From a virus: a stretch of 64,000 nucleotides of DNA. The DNA lies in IMG/VR virus record IMGVR_UViG_3300034374_005666, positions 39,256-103,255 of that record, one strand, 5' to 3'. Below the pieces are notes generated by a model. That model worked only from the letters and a program-made list of their open reading frames with translations. It was not told the origin of the DNA and ran no database searches. Both the position numbers and the translations under genes were made by a program. Below, piece by piece: positions 37,425 through 46,810 of the stretch; position 1 is the stretch's first letter, and each line of letters begins with the position of its first letter.

Positions 37425-37579
37425 AACATTAAGTTTAAGAGTGAAAAAATACGCAACGGGGGGTATTCGCTGCGCCAAGTTATAGTAGGGGTTGTGGAAT
37501 AGATCGGGACATTTTCTACATATTTCTTTGTTTTTCAGATAATTAGTTGTATTTTTGTATACATCAAAATCAACTAGAC

Positions 37580-38560
37580 ATGAACAAAGATCAAGGTATT
37601 TACATGATTAAAAACACCGTCAATAACAAAGTGTACATTGGCAGTTCTAAAGTTATTCGTAAAAGAAAATACCAGCACTTTAACGCTTTAAAAAACAACA
37701 AGCATCATTCTTATCATTTACAAAATGCATACAATAAGTATAAGAAAGAAGCTTTTATATTTGAAAAATTAGAGTACGTAGAAAATGTAGAAGATTTATT
37801 TACAAGAGAGAAATATTGGCAAAGTATATTCGAGTCGTATAATGACAAATACGGATATAATATTGTAGAAGTAAATGAGAATGGCTCATATGTCTATACA
37901 GATGCTATTAAAAAGAAAATCTCCAGAAGCCTCAGACAAACACTCAAGACTAAAGGCGCTCCTCATCTAAGAGCTATAGACGTTTATAAGATAGGTTCTA
38001 GAAAGATGTATAAATTTGACTCTATACAAGAAGCTGCTAACGCATTAGAGCTTGATAGGTCTACTATAGAAAGTAAGCTTAATAGAATAGCTCATAATGA
38101 TATCATATTTGTACATGAAGGAAAGAAGCCCTTTAAAGTTTATTTGCATACTCTAAAAGTTAACTCTGGTTTTTACGTAGAAAACAAGACCAAGGGGTTT
38201 TATGGCTACAATAAAAAGACGGGGGCTATCAAATATTTTTCAAGTAAGAGGGAGTTCCTTTCTTCAGTTAATAAGAAAAACCCTCGTTCTACAGATACTC
38301 TTGTAAATGGTAAGCGTGTATATGGATATGTTCTAGCTTATACTAAAGAAGAACTTGAACAAAAGATTAAATCTCGTACCAGAGCTAAAAAGACTACAAA
38401 GTTCAAATACTTTGTAGAAGAGGAAAATAAGTGTACTCTGTTTTTTACTATACCTGAAATGCTAGACACTTACAATGAGTTTTCTTTAACCGGTGTCAAT
38501 AAGTGTTTGTATGGTTCCAGACAGTCTCATAAGGGCATGAGTATAGCTAAAATAGCATAG
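37580..38560 (+). CDS. GIY-YIG homing endonuclease with NUMOD1-like repeats
   Basis: GIYMIKN..VYIGSS, FDSIQEAANAL; ATG at 37580. Confidence 0.88.
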   Translation: MNKDQGIYMIKNTVNNKVYIGSSKVIRKRKYQHFNALKNNKHHSYHLQNAYNKYKKEAFIFEKLEYVENVEDLFTREKYWQSIFESYNDKYGYNIVEVNENGSYVYTDAIKKKISRSLRQTLKTKGAPHLRAIDVYKIGSRKMYKFDSIQEAANALELDRSTIESKLNRIAHNDIIFVHEGKKPFKVYLHTLKVNSGFYVENKTKGFYGYNKKTGAIKYFSSKREFLSSVNKKNPRSTDTLVNGKRVYGYVLAYTKEELEQKIKSRTRAKKTTKFKYFVEEENKCTLFFTIPEMLDTYNEFSLTGVNKCLYGSRQSHKGMSIAKIA

Positions 38561-38689
38561 GGAGGGGTAATCAAAATTTCAAATTATTTCTACTAAAAAT
38601 AGTAGTTGTCATTTTTTTATTTTAAAATAGAGAATAACTGTCTATAAAGAAATAAGAAGCACAACTCTGTAACCCCTATAAATCCTACA

Positions 38690-38748
38690 TTTACTGTCCA
38701 GAAAGTGGACAATATCGTCCATAAAGTGGACAGTAAAGCTTATATTTG
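38690..38748 (+). promoter_or_regulatory. dyad/tandem operator-like element plus Bacteroidota -7 promoter box
   Basis: 11-bp inverted repeat TTTACTGTCCA/TGGACAGTAAA enclosing 2x GTCCA-N-AAAGTGGACA; TATATTTG at 38741. Confidence 0.6.
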
Positions 38749-38772
38749 CATTAAACCAAAGTAAAAACCACT

Positions 38773-39297
38773 ATGAAATCATACGATTACGAAGCTACTT
38801 TGAAGCTTACTCACAAAGAAACAGCAGGCGTCCTTAATAAAGAAACAGGTGAGTTCAAAGAAATAAAAAGTCGTCCGGCTGGGCATATGGTGAAGCATGA
38901 TAAAAACATGACTTTTAAAAAGATATATCCTAAGTCATGGGCTTTACTAAAAAAGATGACTACTAAGAGACAGTATATGGTTGCTTTTGAATTGGCTCAA
39001 ATGGCACATGCTTTTACAAATAGTCTTAGACCTCTTAATCCTAATTCATCTACTAGAGAACTTGAAGAAATATTAAGTGTAAATAAAAGTTTAATTAAAA
39101 AAGATATTGATGTTTTACATGAGTTGGGAGTTATTGGTATGTTTTCTGTTGGAGAATTAGTCGAGCATAAAAGTTTAACTGAGATAAAGGAGTATTGGAT
39201 ATTCAATCCTTATTTGTCTTTTAATGGTAATGTAATTTTATCTGATTTGGCTAGATTATTTCAAAATACGCTATTTGCTAAAATATATAATAATTAA
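38773..39297 (+). CDS. RepL-like winged-HTH DNA-binding protein
   Basis: NKETGEF, HTH-like segment, FNPYLSFNG. Confidence 0.55.
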   Translation: MKSYDYEATLKLTHKETAGVLNKETGEFKEIKSRPAGHMVKHDKNMTFKKIYPKSWALLKKMTTKRQYMVAFELAQMAHAFTNSLRPLNPNSSTRELEEILSVNKSLIKKDIDVLHELGVIGMFSVGELVEHKSLTEIKEYWIFNPYLSFNGNVILSDLARLFQNTLFAKIYNN

Positions 39298-39886
39298 AAT
39301 GACTGATATAGATATCTACAGTAAACTAGATGTGGAAGATTTATGGGTTTATGATAAACTTATATTATCTAAGAAACTAGGTTATAATTGTAATCCAGCT
39401 GGTGTACCTGTAAATAAAGCTGGTTGGTATATGGTTAAGCCTATTACTAACTTGAGAGGGCTTGGTGCTGGTAGCAAAAGAATGTTCTTAACTCCAGCTA
39501 AATCTAACATACCACCTGGTACATTTTGGACAGAGTTCTTTGAAGGTACACATAGGTCAGTAGATTATATGGCCCATAAGTATGCTTTTACAGTTAAGGC
39601 TTTCAAGAAGGATGGTGAGTTTAAACTATGGGAGAGAGATAATTTTGAACCAGAAAGACATCCTATAGTAGATTACTTTGTTAAGAAGAAGTATTATGTT
39701 AATGTGGAATATATTGGCGATAAGATTATAGAAATACATCTTAGATATAATCCTGATTTTTACAATAAGAACTATAAGAAAATCGAAGTGGTTTATACAC
39801 CAGAGCAGATTAAAGATAGTTTTGTATTAGATGAAGATGACGCAGATGGTTATGCAAAACGAAGATTAGGTTTTAATGTTTTATAA
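39275..39886 (+). CDS. ATP-grasp-like phage protein
   Basis: YDKL, VKP..NL.GLG.G, EFFEG...SVD, EYIG.KIIEIHLR. Confidence 0.5.
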   Translation: MLKYIIIKMTDIDIYSKLDVEDLWVYDKLILSKKLGYNCNPAGVPVNKAGWYMVKPITNLRGLGAGSKRMFLTPAKSNIPPGTFWTEFFEGTHRSVDYMAHKYAFTVKAFKKDGEFKLWERDNFEPERHPIVDYFVKKKYYVNVEYIGDKIIEIHLRYNPDFYNKNYKKIEVVYTPEQIKDSFVLDEDDADGYAKRRLGFNVL

Positions 39887-39913
39887 CTATCTGAAACTAG
39901 CTGTAATTATTAT

Positions 39914-39942
39914 AAGAGAGGCACATACTGTCTCTCTTTTTT
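39914..39942 (+). terminator. Rho-independent terminator
   Basis: AGAGAGGCA/TGTCTCTCT stem plus T-tract. Confidence 0.65.
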
Positions 39943-40071
39943 ATTGTGCGTACTTGTATTTTATTTAATAGTCTGTATATTTGTAAACATGTATAAGTTA
40001 TGTCAGAGGCAGGATGAAGTTTTACGAATCTAATTTATAACCTGCCTCTAATTTATAAATCAATTTAAACT

Positions 40072-40458
40072 ATGGTCTTAAACATAATGACTAGTAAAAC
40101 AGGAAATGCTGCTAAAGAGCCGTATAACCTGGAAACAGAAAGAGATTTCTGGAGAATATATCTTAGACTGATATATGCAGTAGGAGTTAAACTTAATCCA
40201 AGAGAGGAAGATGTGCTTAGTTTTATACTTGCAGGAGTACCTGAGATTGATTATTTCTCAAGCCCTAATAGTAAACATCTTAAGCAGACTGTAAAAATAT
40301 CTAACTCAGAAGTTACAAGGCTCAAACAGAGTTTAAAGTCTAAAGGCTTAATTGAAAGAGATACTAATGTACCTACAAGGTCACTTGTAAACTTGCAAAA
40401 GTTTATTAAGACTAAAGGTAAAGTAGAGTTTACATTTCCTTTGACTATTGGAGTATGA
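40072..40458 (+). CDS. winged-HTH-like protein
   Basis: LNPREEDVL...VTRLKQSLKSKGLI. Confidence 0.55.
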   Translation: MVLNIMTSKTGNAAKEPYNLETERDFWRIYLRLIYAVGVKLNPREEDVLSFILAGVPEIDYFSSPNSKHLKQTVKISNSEVTRLKQSLKSKGLIERDTNVPTRSLVNLQKFIKTKGKVEFTFPLTIGV

Positions 40459-40820
40459 CGCAGGAAGATATATATAAACGTACAGCAGAGGAATTGGACA
40501 TGCCAGTAAATCATGTTAAATTTGTTATAGAGAACATGTACAGTACGCTTATTTATTATCTACGCAATCCTTTAATGGTAGGAGAGAAAATACAGATTAC
40601 TAATAGTTTTACAGTTAGGTTTATGCCTAATAGGATAGATAAAGATATAAAGGATAGCAAATGGAGGCTTGGATATTCTAAGAATGAAAAGTATATTGAG
40701 CAAAAGAAGACCAGAATAGCATATCTTGAGATGGTATGGGAACAACTAAAACAGTTTAATTATTACAAATATTTCTTTAAAAGACATGAAGGACAAACCA
40801 AAGAACAGAACCAGCCTTGA
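40455..40820 (+). CDS. IHF/HU-like DNA-binding protein
   Basis: DIYKRTAEELDMP..HVKFVI...KIQITNSFTVRF. Confidence 0.55.
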   Translation: MTQEDIYKRTAEELDMPVNHVKFVIENMYSTLIYYLRNPLMVGEKIQITNSFTVRFMPNRIDKDIKDSKWRLGYSKNEKYIEQKKTRIAYLEMVWEQLKQFNYYKYFFKRHEGQTKEQNQP

Positions 40821-41391
40821 AGAATTTGCTGGGGATTACAAATCAACTAAACGTAAATCAGGACTATTTATGCCAGAGGAACCAAAACTTGTAGATGTTA
40901 AGACAGATAGTAATTTTGATAAAGACAAGCTTACAAGAGAGAACTATAATAAAGCTATAGTTAATATTGATGAAGACTATGCCAGATTTATTCCTAACAA
41001 TCGTAAGATTCTTGTTAGATGTAAAGTACTTGAGTATCATGTATCTAAGACAGGTATTGTTACTAAACCTGATAATCTTGTAGCTGTAAGAACTCAGAAT
41101 GGATATGGTATTAAAGGTTTGGAAGAAAATCCTTATCCTTATTCAGTAGAAGCTGTAGTTATTTCTGTACCTGAAGGCTATGATAAATATGCTAAAGGTA
41201 ATAATGTAATTATTCCTAAACGTAATACAATAGCTACTAAAGAGAATACTGAAGTACCTTTCCATATGCCTAACAGTTTTATGTTGCCTGAATGGAAGGG
41301 TCTTGAACCACCTACTAATATGAATAACAAACATTATGGTTATTTGCTATTGAATGACCATGATATTCTTGGACAAATTAAATCAAACTAG
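40786..41391 (+). CDS. GroES-like protein
   Basis: P...ILVR, AVVISVPEG, YLLLNDHDILG. Confidence 0.55.
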   Translation: MKDKPKNRTSLEEFAGDYKSTKRKSGLFMPEEPKLVDVKTDSNFDKDKLTRENYNKAIVNIDEDYARFIPNNRKILVRCKVLEYHVSKTGIVTKPDNLVAVRTQNGYGIKGLEENPYPYSVEAVVISVPEGYDKYAKGNNVIIPKRNTIATKENTEVPFHMPNSFMLPEWKGLEPPTNMNNKHYGYLLLNDHDILGQIKSN

Positions 41392-41393
41392 AA

Positions 41394-41732
41394 ATGAACA
41401 AAAGAAAAATGGAAGAAGCAATGGCTGTACTTGAGAGTTACAATAAAACTACTCCTGGTAAAGCTGATGACTTTCTTGAAAGTGGTGCTTGCTTTCTTGA
41501 AGAACTTGCACAAACTCTACGATATGCCAATGAGAACTACGTAGATGCAGATGGTACTTTCCAGAATATCAAAATTGCTGAGGTAGATAAATGGCTGCCT
41601 ATTGTACGATATGTACTTCAGAGAGCACAAGATATTGCTGAGAAATGCTTTGATACAGATATTGTACCAGATGCTAAGAGTGAAGTAGTTAAGCTTCTTC
41701 TTGGATGGCTTGGACTAAGAGTGGGAAACTAA
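41394..41732 (+). CDS. hypothetical protein
   Basis: ORF in operon. Confidence 0.5.
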   Translation: MNKRKMEEAMAVLESYNKTTPGKADDFLESGACFLEELAQTLRYANENYVDADGTFQNIKIAEVDKWLPIVRYVLQRAQDIAEKCFDTDIVPDAKSEVVKLLLGWLGLRVGN

Positions 41733-42319
41733 TGAAGAATATTTTGAGTCATATAGGAGTAGCTGCTGTCGCTGTAGTGGCTACTCTTTTATTCGTTAGA
41801 GGTTGTAGTAATACAGAAGTTATCAGGCAGACTGAGACTATTGTAGAATGTACAGTAGATACTGTCAGTATAGTAGATACTTTTAATGTTGTCAAGATTA
41901 AGCATATTAAAGATACAGTAGAACGTGTAGTTTATATAGATACAAGTCAGACTGTCGATGAGTCTCTTATGACCTACGAAGAACATTATGTAGATAGTAG
42001 CTATAGTGTATATGGTAATATATTTTATGAAGGTACTATAGTACGTCACGATCAGATGTTTGTACAGAACAAAGAGCAGATTCAATTTATTCCAAAAACA
42101 AAAACTGTCTTTCATACCAGAGACAATATTGTAGTCAGAAATGCAGACATGCCTAGAGTATACGTAGGTTTATACAGTACTTTTGATACATATATTCCAC
42201 AGCAAGCTGGTATTAGTGTAGCTGTTGCTGATAACAGGCATAGGCTTTATACAGTAGGTAAAGACTTGACTACACTCGATAGATGGTCATTAGATATTAA
42301 AATACCCGTAGCATGGTAA
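41705..42319 (+). CDS. membrane-anchored protein, possible spanin-like lysis accessory
   Basis: N-terminal TM ending VRGC; DTV-rich stalk. Confidence 0.45.
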   Translation: MAWTKSGKLMKNILSHIGVAAVAVVATLLFVRGCSNTEVIRQTETIVECTVDTVSIVDTFNVVKIKHIKDTVERVVYIDTSQTVDESLMTYEEHYVDSSYSVYGNIFYEGTIVRHDQMFVQNKEQIQFIPKTKTVFHTRDNIVVRNADMPRVYVGLYSTFDTYIPQQAGISVAVADNRHRLYTVGKDLTTLDRWSLDIKIPVAW

Positions 42320-42567
42320 AAGAAATAATTGAAGGTTGGGCTAACCTGACACTGGATAGACTAGGTAAGCTTGACCAGGAAACTAAGGAAATAGCAGAGT
42401 ATAGGCTTGCTCATTGTACTACTTGTAGTATGAGAGAAGGTAATACTTGCGCAAGAAGCAAAAAAGGAATTAATGTTAAAACACTCGAAAGCAAAAAAGG
42501 ATGTGGATGTAAGTTGTCTGCAAAAACCTTGAGCATGAGTTCAAAATGCCCATTAGGAAAATGGTAA
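42313..42567 (+). CDS. small Zn-binding protein
   Basis: RLAHCTTC...C...GCGC...CPLGKW. Confidence 0.6.
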   Translation: MVKEIIEGWANLTLDRLGKLDQETKEIAEYRLAHCTTCSMREGNTCARSKKGINVKTLESKKGCGCKLSAKTLSMSSKCPLGKW

Positions 42568-42905
42568 CAGATATATTAGGAAAACTCTTTCAGGCACAAG
42601 TGCTTACGCATTACTGGCATCTAAGGACTAGTAGTTATGCAGAACATAAAGCACTTAATAAGTTTTATGAAGAGCTTGTGGATATGATAGATAGCCTGGC
42701 TGAAGCACTTATTGGTAAGTATGGTACTAAACCAGAAATACCTAAGATAATTATGCTGGACAAGCCTGATGCAAAAACTTATCTGAAAGAGCTTGGTGAC
42801 TACATGGATGTATATATTCAACAAGCTAGTCCAGACTGTCAGGATTTAATGATTGATATAAAGAATTTGATTAATACTACTCTTTATTTACTTGAACTAA
42901 AATAG
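42546..42905 (+). CDS. ferritin/Dps-like protein (DUF5856-like)
   Basis: HYWHLRTSSYAEHKALNKFYE...DSLAE..GKYG. Confidence 0.75.
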   Translation: MPIRKMVTDILGKLFQAQVLTHYWHLRTSSYAEHKALNKFYEELVDMIDSLAEALIGKYGTKPEIPKIIMLDKPDAKTYLKELGDYMDVYIQQASPDCQDLMIDIKNLINTTLYLLELK

Positions 42906-43499
42906 ATGGCATTCGCTAAAATAAATAAGCCAGTAAATCCTGATGATAACTTTTGGGAACTTAATCCCTGGTTAAAGATTCATCCACCATACAGTAAACT
43001 GCTTACTGAATATGGAAATGAGTTATCATCTAAGTACATGCTGGCTATTTTTTTAATGTGTGACCCAGATGAAGAAATGAACCCTTTCTTTAGAATGGAT
43101 GAAGAGTATAGAAAATCAGTTATTGAAAATGAGTATGTAGAGATAGACTGGAATGATACTTTGATTAAAGAATGCCTTGAAAGCTATCCATTTGATTGTA
43201 TGGACTCTATAGAGAGAGCATTCAAAGAAGAAAAAGAGCAACTCAAACAGAGGGCTAGGTTTCTTAAAGATACAGCTATTACACTGGATAGGACTGAAGT
43301 AGAAACAGATGCTAGTACAGGTAAGAAATATGCTATAAATATTAAAGGCACAGCCAGTCAGTTAGAGCAAATGCGCAAGAATACAGATAGTATATATAAG
43401 CAATATGAAAAGATAGAAGATAAGTTTATCAAAGGCAAATCTTCAGCTACAGCCAGAGGTGGTAGACGACTTACTAAATCTGAAAAGAGGGAACTGTGA
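42906..43499 (+). CDS. conserved protein upstream of terminase (possible small subunit)
   Basis: Overlaps TerL start. Confidence 0.45.
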   Translation: MAFAKINKPVNPDDNFWELNPWLKIHPPYSKLLTEYGNELSSKYMLAIFLMCDPDEEMNPFFRMDEEYRKSVIENEYVEIDWNDTLIKECLESYPFDCMDSIERAFKEEKEQLKQRARFLKDTAITLDRTEVETDASTGKKYAINIKGTASQLEQMRKNTDSIYKQYEKIEDKFIKGKSSATARGGRRLTKSEKREL

Positions 43500-46400
43500 A
43501 TTGGATTAAAACAGAGGATTTATCTAGGTTTACAGATCAGTTTAAACCACAACTTATACATCCAGATGACCCACGCTGGTTAAAGTTTTGGCGTGAAATG
43601 AAACGCAGATGTATTGAAGGTACATGGTTTGAAGACTTTGGAGGATGGAGATATGGCAGAGGTAACCTTGGATTCTATCATCATTATTGTAGAATACCTG
43701 ATGTAGATAAAGTTAATAAGACACATGGTAAGCTGATTAAGCCTCTTATTAGAGACTTGGAGTGGCACTATAGTTATAATGTAGGAGTAGCCAGAGGTTT
43801 CTCTGGATTTAGTGAAGATGATAAATACACATCAGATTTTAGAGTATTTAATATAAATAAGACTAAGTTTCCTGAAGATAATGAGTTATGCCTGTATAAG
43901 TCTGATGGAACATTCAAAGAATTTATAGAGCCTCTAGAGAATATAGCTAAAAGACATGATAATCCTGTAGGTATTCCATTGTATAATAATGATGCTAAGA
44001 ACGTAACAATTTTGGGTTGCCACGGTAAAGGCACACAGGTACGTATGTATGACGGAAGTCTTAAAAATATAGAGGATGTAGAAATAGGAGACAGATTAAT
44101 GGGGCCTGATTCTACTCCTAGAATAGTTAAAAACTTATTTACAGGAGAAGATCAACTTTATAAAGTAACTCAAGCAAAAAGAGAACCTTATATTGTAAAC
44201 TCTAAGCATTTACTTCATTTAGATAAAGTTTCCACTGTTAGAAGAAAAGGTAGTTTAAAAAGAATAAATATAGAAACAGAAAAACTATATAATAAATTTA
44301 AAACGAGCTATAAAAATTGTAACGCTAAATATAGAGGAGTAACAGCAGTACCGATAGAGTATGATAAAAAAGATTTAAAACTTCATCCTTATTTTATAGG
44401 CCTTTGGTTAGGAGATGGTTTTAAAAGAGAAAAATTAATATGCTTTGCAGAAAACGAAATAGAAATAAAAAGATGGCTAATTGGATATGCTAAGTCTGAT
44501 CCTGAAAGGTTTTCTTATAACATAAAGCTAGCTTCTAATCAAGGTTCTTTTGGGGATATGAATGTCTATAGGTTTAGGCTTATAGACAAAACTATGCTCT
44601 ATAAAAATAATTATTGGTCAAAAACTTTTAGGAATAACAAACATATTCCAATAGAATATCTACAGTCTTCTATAGACCAAAGATTAGAACTATTAGCAGG
44701 ATTACTAGACTCTGACGGGAATTATTCTAAAAAGATGCATAGGTATACTTTTTGTAATTCTGATTTTAATCTAATTAAGCAGGTTGAAGAACTTTGCTGG
44801 TCATTAGGTTACAGAACTACTATAAATTCCAGAAGAGTAAGTATTAAAAATAATGCTAATTACAATCTTAGAATTTATGGAGAAATAGGTAGAATACCTT
44901 GTAAGATAAAAAGAAAGAAAGCTCCTGTTAGAGTTTACAAAAACAGTAAAGGTTCTAATAAAAATGTTATAAATATAGAAAAGTATTCTTATGATACATA
45001 TTATGGAATAGAAGTAGATCAAGATAATTTATATTTGCTAAAAGACTATACTGTAGTACATAATTGCAGAGGTGGCGGGAAATCGCTGTACCATATACTG
45101 GCAGAAGTATTCTACGATATAACATTTGATGGAGCTAAAGTTTACAATGAGCAAATTATACGTAACCCAAACCAGATACTTATAAATGTAGGTGCAGGTA
45201 TTAAAGGTAAATCTGCAAAGACGCTGGCTTTTATGAAGATTAGTTCTAACTTCCTTAAAACTAGCCCAGAAGCAGGTACATGGGGTAAGATTGGAGATGA
45301 TGATTGGGAACCTTGTCCTTTCTATAAGGAGATGACGGGAAGCTTTGATACAGATGATGAAAGAGGATGGACTAATAAATTTTCTGTTAAAGTAGGTAGT
45401 GCATGGGAAGAAAGAGGTACAGGCAGTACAGTATACCATGTAAGTTATTCTGCTAACAAACGTACAGGTGCTGAATCAGGTGCAGGTGGTAGACGTTCTT
45501 TAATAATGTATGAGGAGATAGGTCTGTTTGAAGATTTATTAAATGCATGGGGTTCTGACGAAGCTGTTGTAAGTGTAGATGGTGTACAGTTTGCTCCCAG
45601 AATAGGTGTAGGTACATCTGGTAATATACACACTATTAAAGCTGCACAAAAGATATTTACTCATCCTGATGACTATAACTGTATAGGATATAAAGGTAAA
45701 GATGGTGAAAAGCATTGTTTCTTTTTGCCTGCATATATAGTAGATAAAAGATTTAAAGACAAGAATGGTAATACTAATCTGGCTAAAGCTAAGAAGTATT
45801 ACGATGACAAACTGGAAGAGAAGCTACGCACTAACGATCCAGCTATTATTAATAACTGGAAAATGAACTATCCTACAGAGATAGAGCATATGTGGATAGC
45901 TTCAGAAGGCCAACTACTTCCTGGTAAAGAAGCTGAACTACGAGAAAAACAACTATTAAAAAACAACTTGTATGAGTCTATAGGTACGCCTATTAGTCTA
46001 TTTTGGGATAACAATCATCCAGACGGAGTTAATTATGAGGTTGACCCTACAGCTTATCCAATCTATGACGATAACTTACAAGATAAGGAATCTCTTGAAG
46101 GAGCTGTAATGATGTATGAGCAGCCTTTTAGGATAAATGGTAAGATACCTATTGATGCTCATATCTTTACACATGACCCTTATGTATCTGATGCTTTTGA
46201 CGAAGGTGGATCTCTTGGTGTAACTCACGTATGGATTAATCCTAAATATATACCTTACGGTGCTAAGGGTAATTGCCTTGCAGCTACCTATATAGGCAAG
46301 AATAAAAATGGTCTTGATGGTTATAATCAGGTACTTGAAAAAATGCTTGCTTTTTATGGTAATCCTATGAGGCAATTATGGTATGAATCAAACAGAGGGG

Positions 46401-46810
46401 ATAGGCTTAGATCACACTTTATTAAAAAGAATAAAGCATATCTGTTATGTCTTCAGCCTCAGTTTGAACAAGGACAGCATATATATCTGAAGAATACAAC
46501 AAAGACTGGATTTGTTGTAGGTAGCCAAGTCAGTAAGATATCAATGCTTGACAGGCTTAATGATTGGTTGCTTGAAGAGACAGATATTAATGACGAGGTT
46601 GAAAAAAATATATTTAGGATACCTTGTATATTTACAATACGTCAAATAAGAGATTATACACTTAAAGGGAACTATGACGCAGTATCTAGTATGATGGGGT
46701 TACCACTGGCACTTGGAGAGATTGAGCACAATATCAAAGAGGGCTTATCCAGACAGAATAATCCTTTCAGTAAAATGTCAAAATTCCTTAAACAACGAAT
46801 AGGACAATGA
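43496..46810 (+). CDS. terL: terminase large subunit with intein
   Basis: Walker A G|CRGGGKS, Walker B IMYEEIG, GTSG, nuclease HDPY, YESN, YDAVSS. Confidence 0.9.
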   Translation: MNWIKTEDLSRFTDQFKPQLIHPDDPRWLKFWREMKRRCIEGTWFEDFGGWRYGRGNLGFYHHYCRIPDVDKVNKTHGKLIKPLIRDLEWHYSYNVGVARGFSGFSEDDKYTSDFRVFNINKTKFPEDNELCLYKSDGTFKEFIEPLENIAKRHDNPVGIPLYNNDAKNVTILGCHGKGTQVRMYDGSLKNIEDVEIGDRLMGPDSTPRIVKNLFTGEDQLYKVTQAKREPYIVNSKHLLHLDKVSTVRRKGSLKRINIETEKLYNKFKTSYKNCNAKYRGVTAVPIEYDKKDLKLHPYFIGLWLGDGFKREKLICFAENEIEIKRWLIGYAKSDPERFSYNIKLASNQGSFGDMNVYRFRLIDKTMLYKNNYWSKTFRNNKHIPIEYLQSSIDQRLELLAGLLDSDGNYSKKMHRYTFCNSDFNLIKQVEELCWSLGYRTTINSRRVSIKNNANYNLRIYGEIGRIPCKIKRKKAPVRVYKNSKGSNKNVINIEKYSYDTYYGIEVDQDNLYLLKDYTVVHNCRGGGKSLYHILAEVFYDITFDGAKVYNEQIIRNPNQILINVGAGIKGKSAKTLAFMKISSNFLKTSPEAGTWGKIGDDDWEPCPFYKEMTGSFDTDDERGWTNKFSVKVGSAWEERGTGSTVYHVSYSANKRTGAESGAGGRRSLIMYEEIGLFEDLLNAWGSDEAVVSVDGVQFAPRIGVGTSGNIHTIKAAQKIFTHPDDYNCIGYKGKDGEKHCFFLPAYIVDKRFKDKNGNTNLAKAKKYYDDKLEEKLRTNDPAIINNWKMNYPTEIEHMWIASEGQLLPGKEAELREKQLLKNNLYESIGTPISLFWDNNHPDGVNYEVDPTAYPIYDDNLQDKESLEGAVMMYEQPFRINGKIPIDAHIFTHDPYVSDAFDEGGSLGVTHVWINPKYIPYGAKGNCLAATYIGKNKNGLDGYNQVLEKMLAFYGNPMRQLWYESNRGDRLRSHFIKKNKAYLLCLQPQFEQGQHIYLKNTTKTGFVVGSQVSKISMLDRLNDWLLEETDINDEVEKNIFRIPCIFTIRQIRDYTLKGNYDAVSSMMGLPLALGEIEHNIKEGLSRQNNPFSKMSKFLKQRIGQ
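44018..45064 (+). mobile_element. intein with LAGLIDADG endonuclease (349 aa)
   Basis: Starts CHGKGTQVRMYDG, ends VVHN before Cys; IGLWLGDG and LAGLLDSDG motifs. Confidence 0.92.

Larger units (their letters stand above)
32660..37445 (-). promoter_or_regulatory. recurrent ACTCT(T)AAA motif upstream of early-gene starts (7 genes)
   Basis: Copies at about 32660, 33248, 33474, 33758, 34651, 36790 and 37434, each 4-12 nt before an ATG. Confidence 0.55.
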
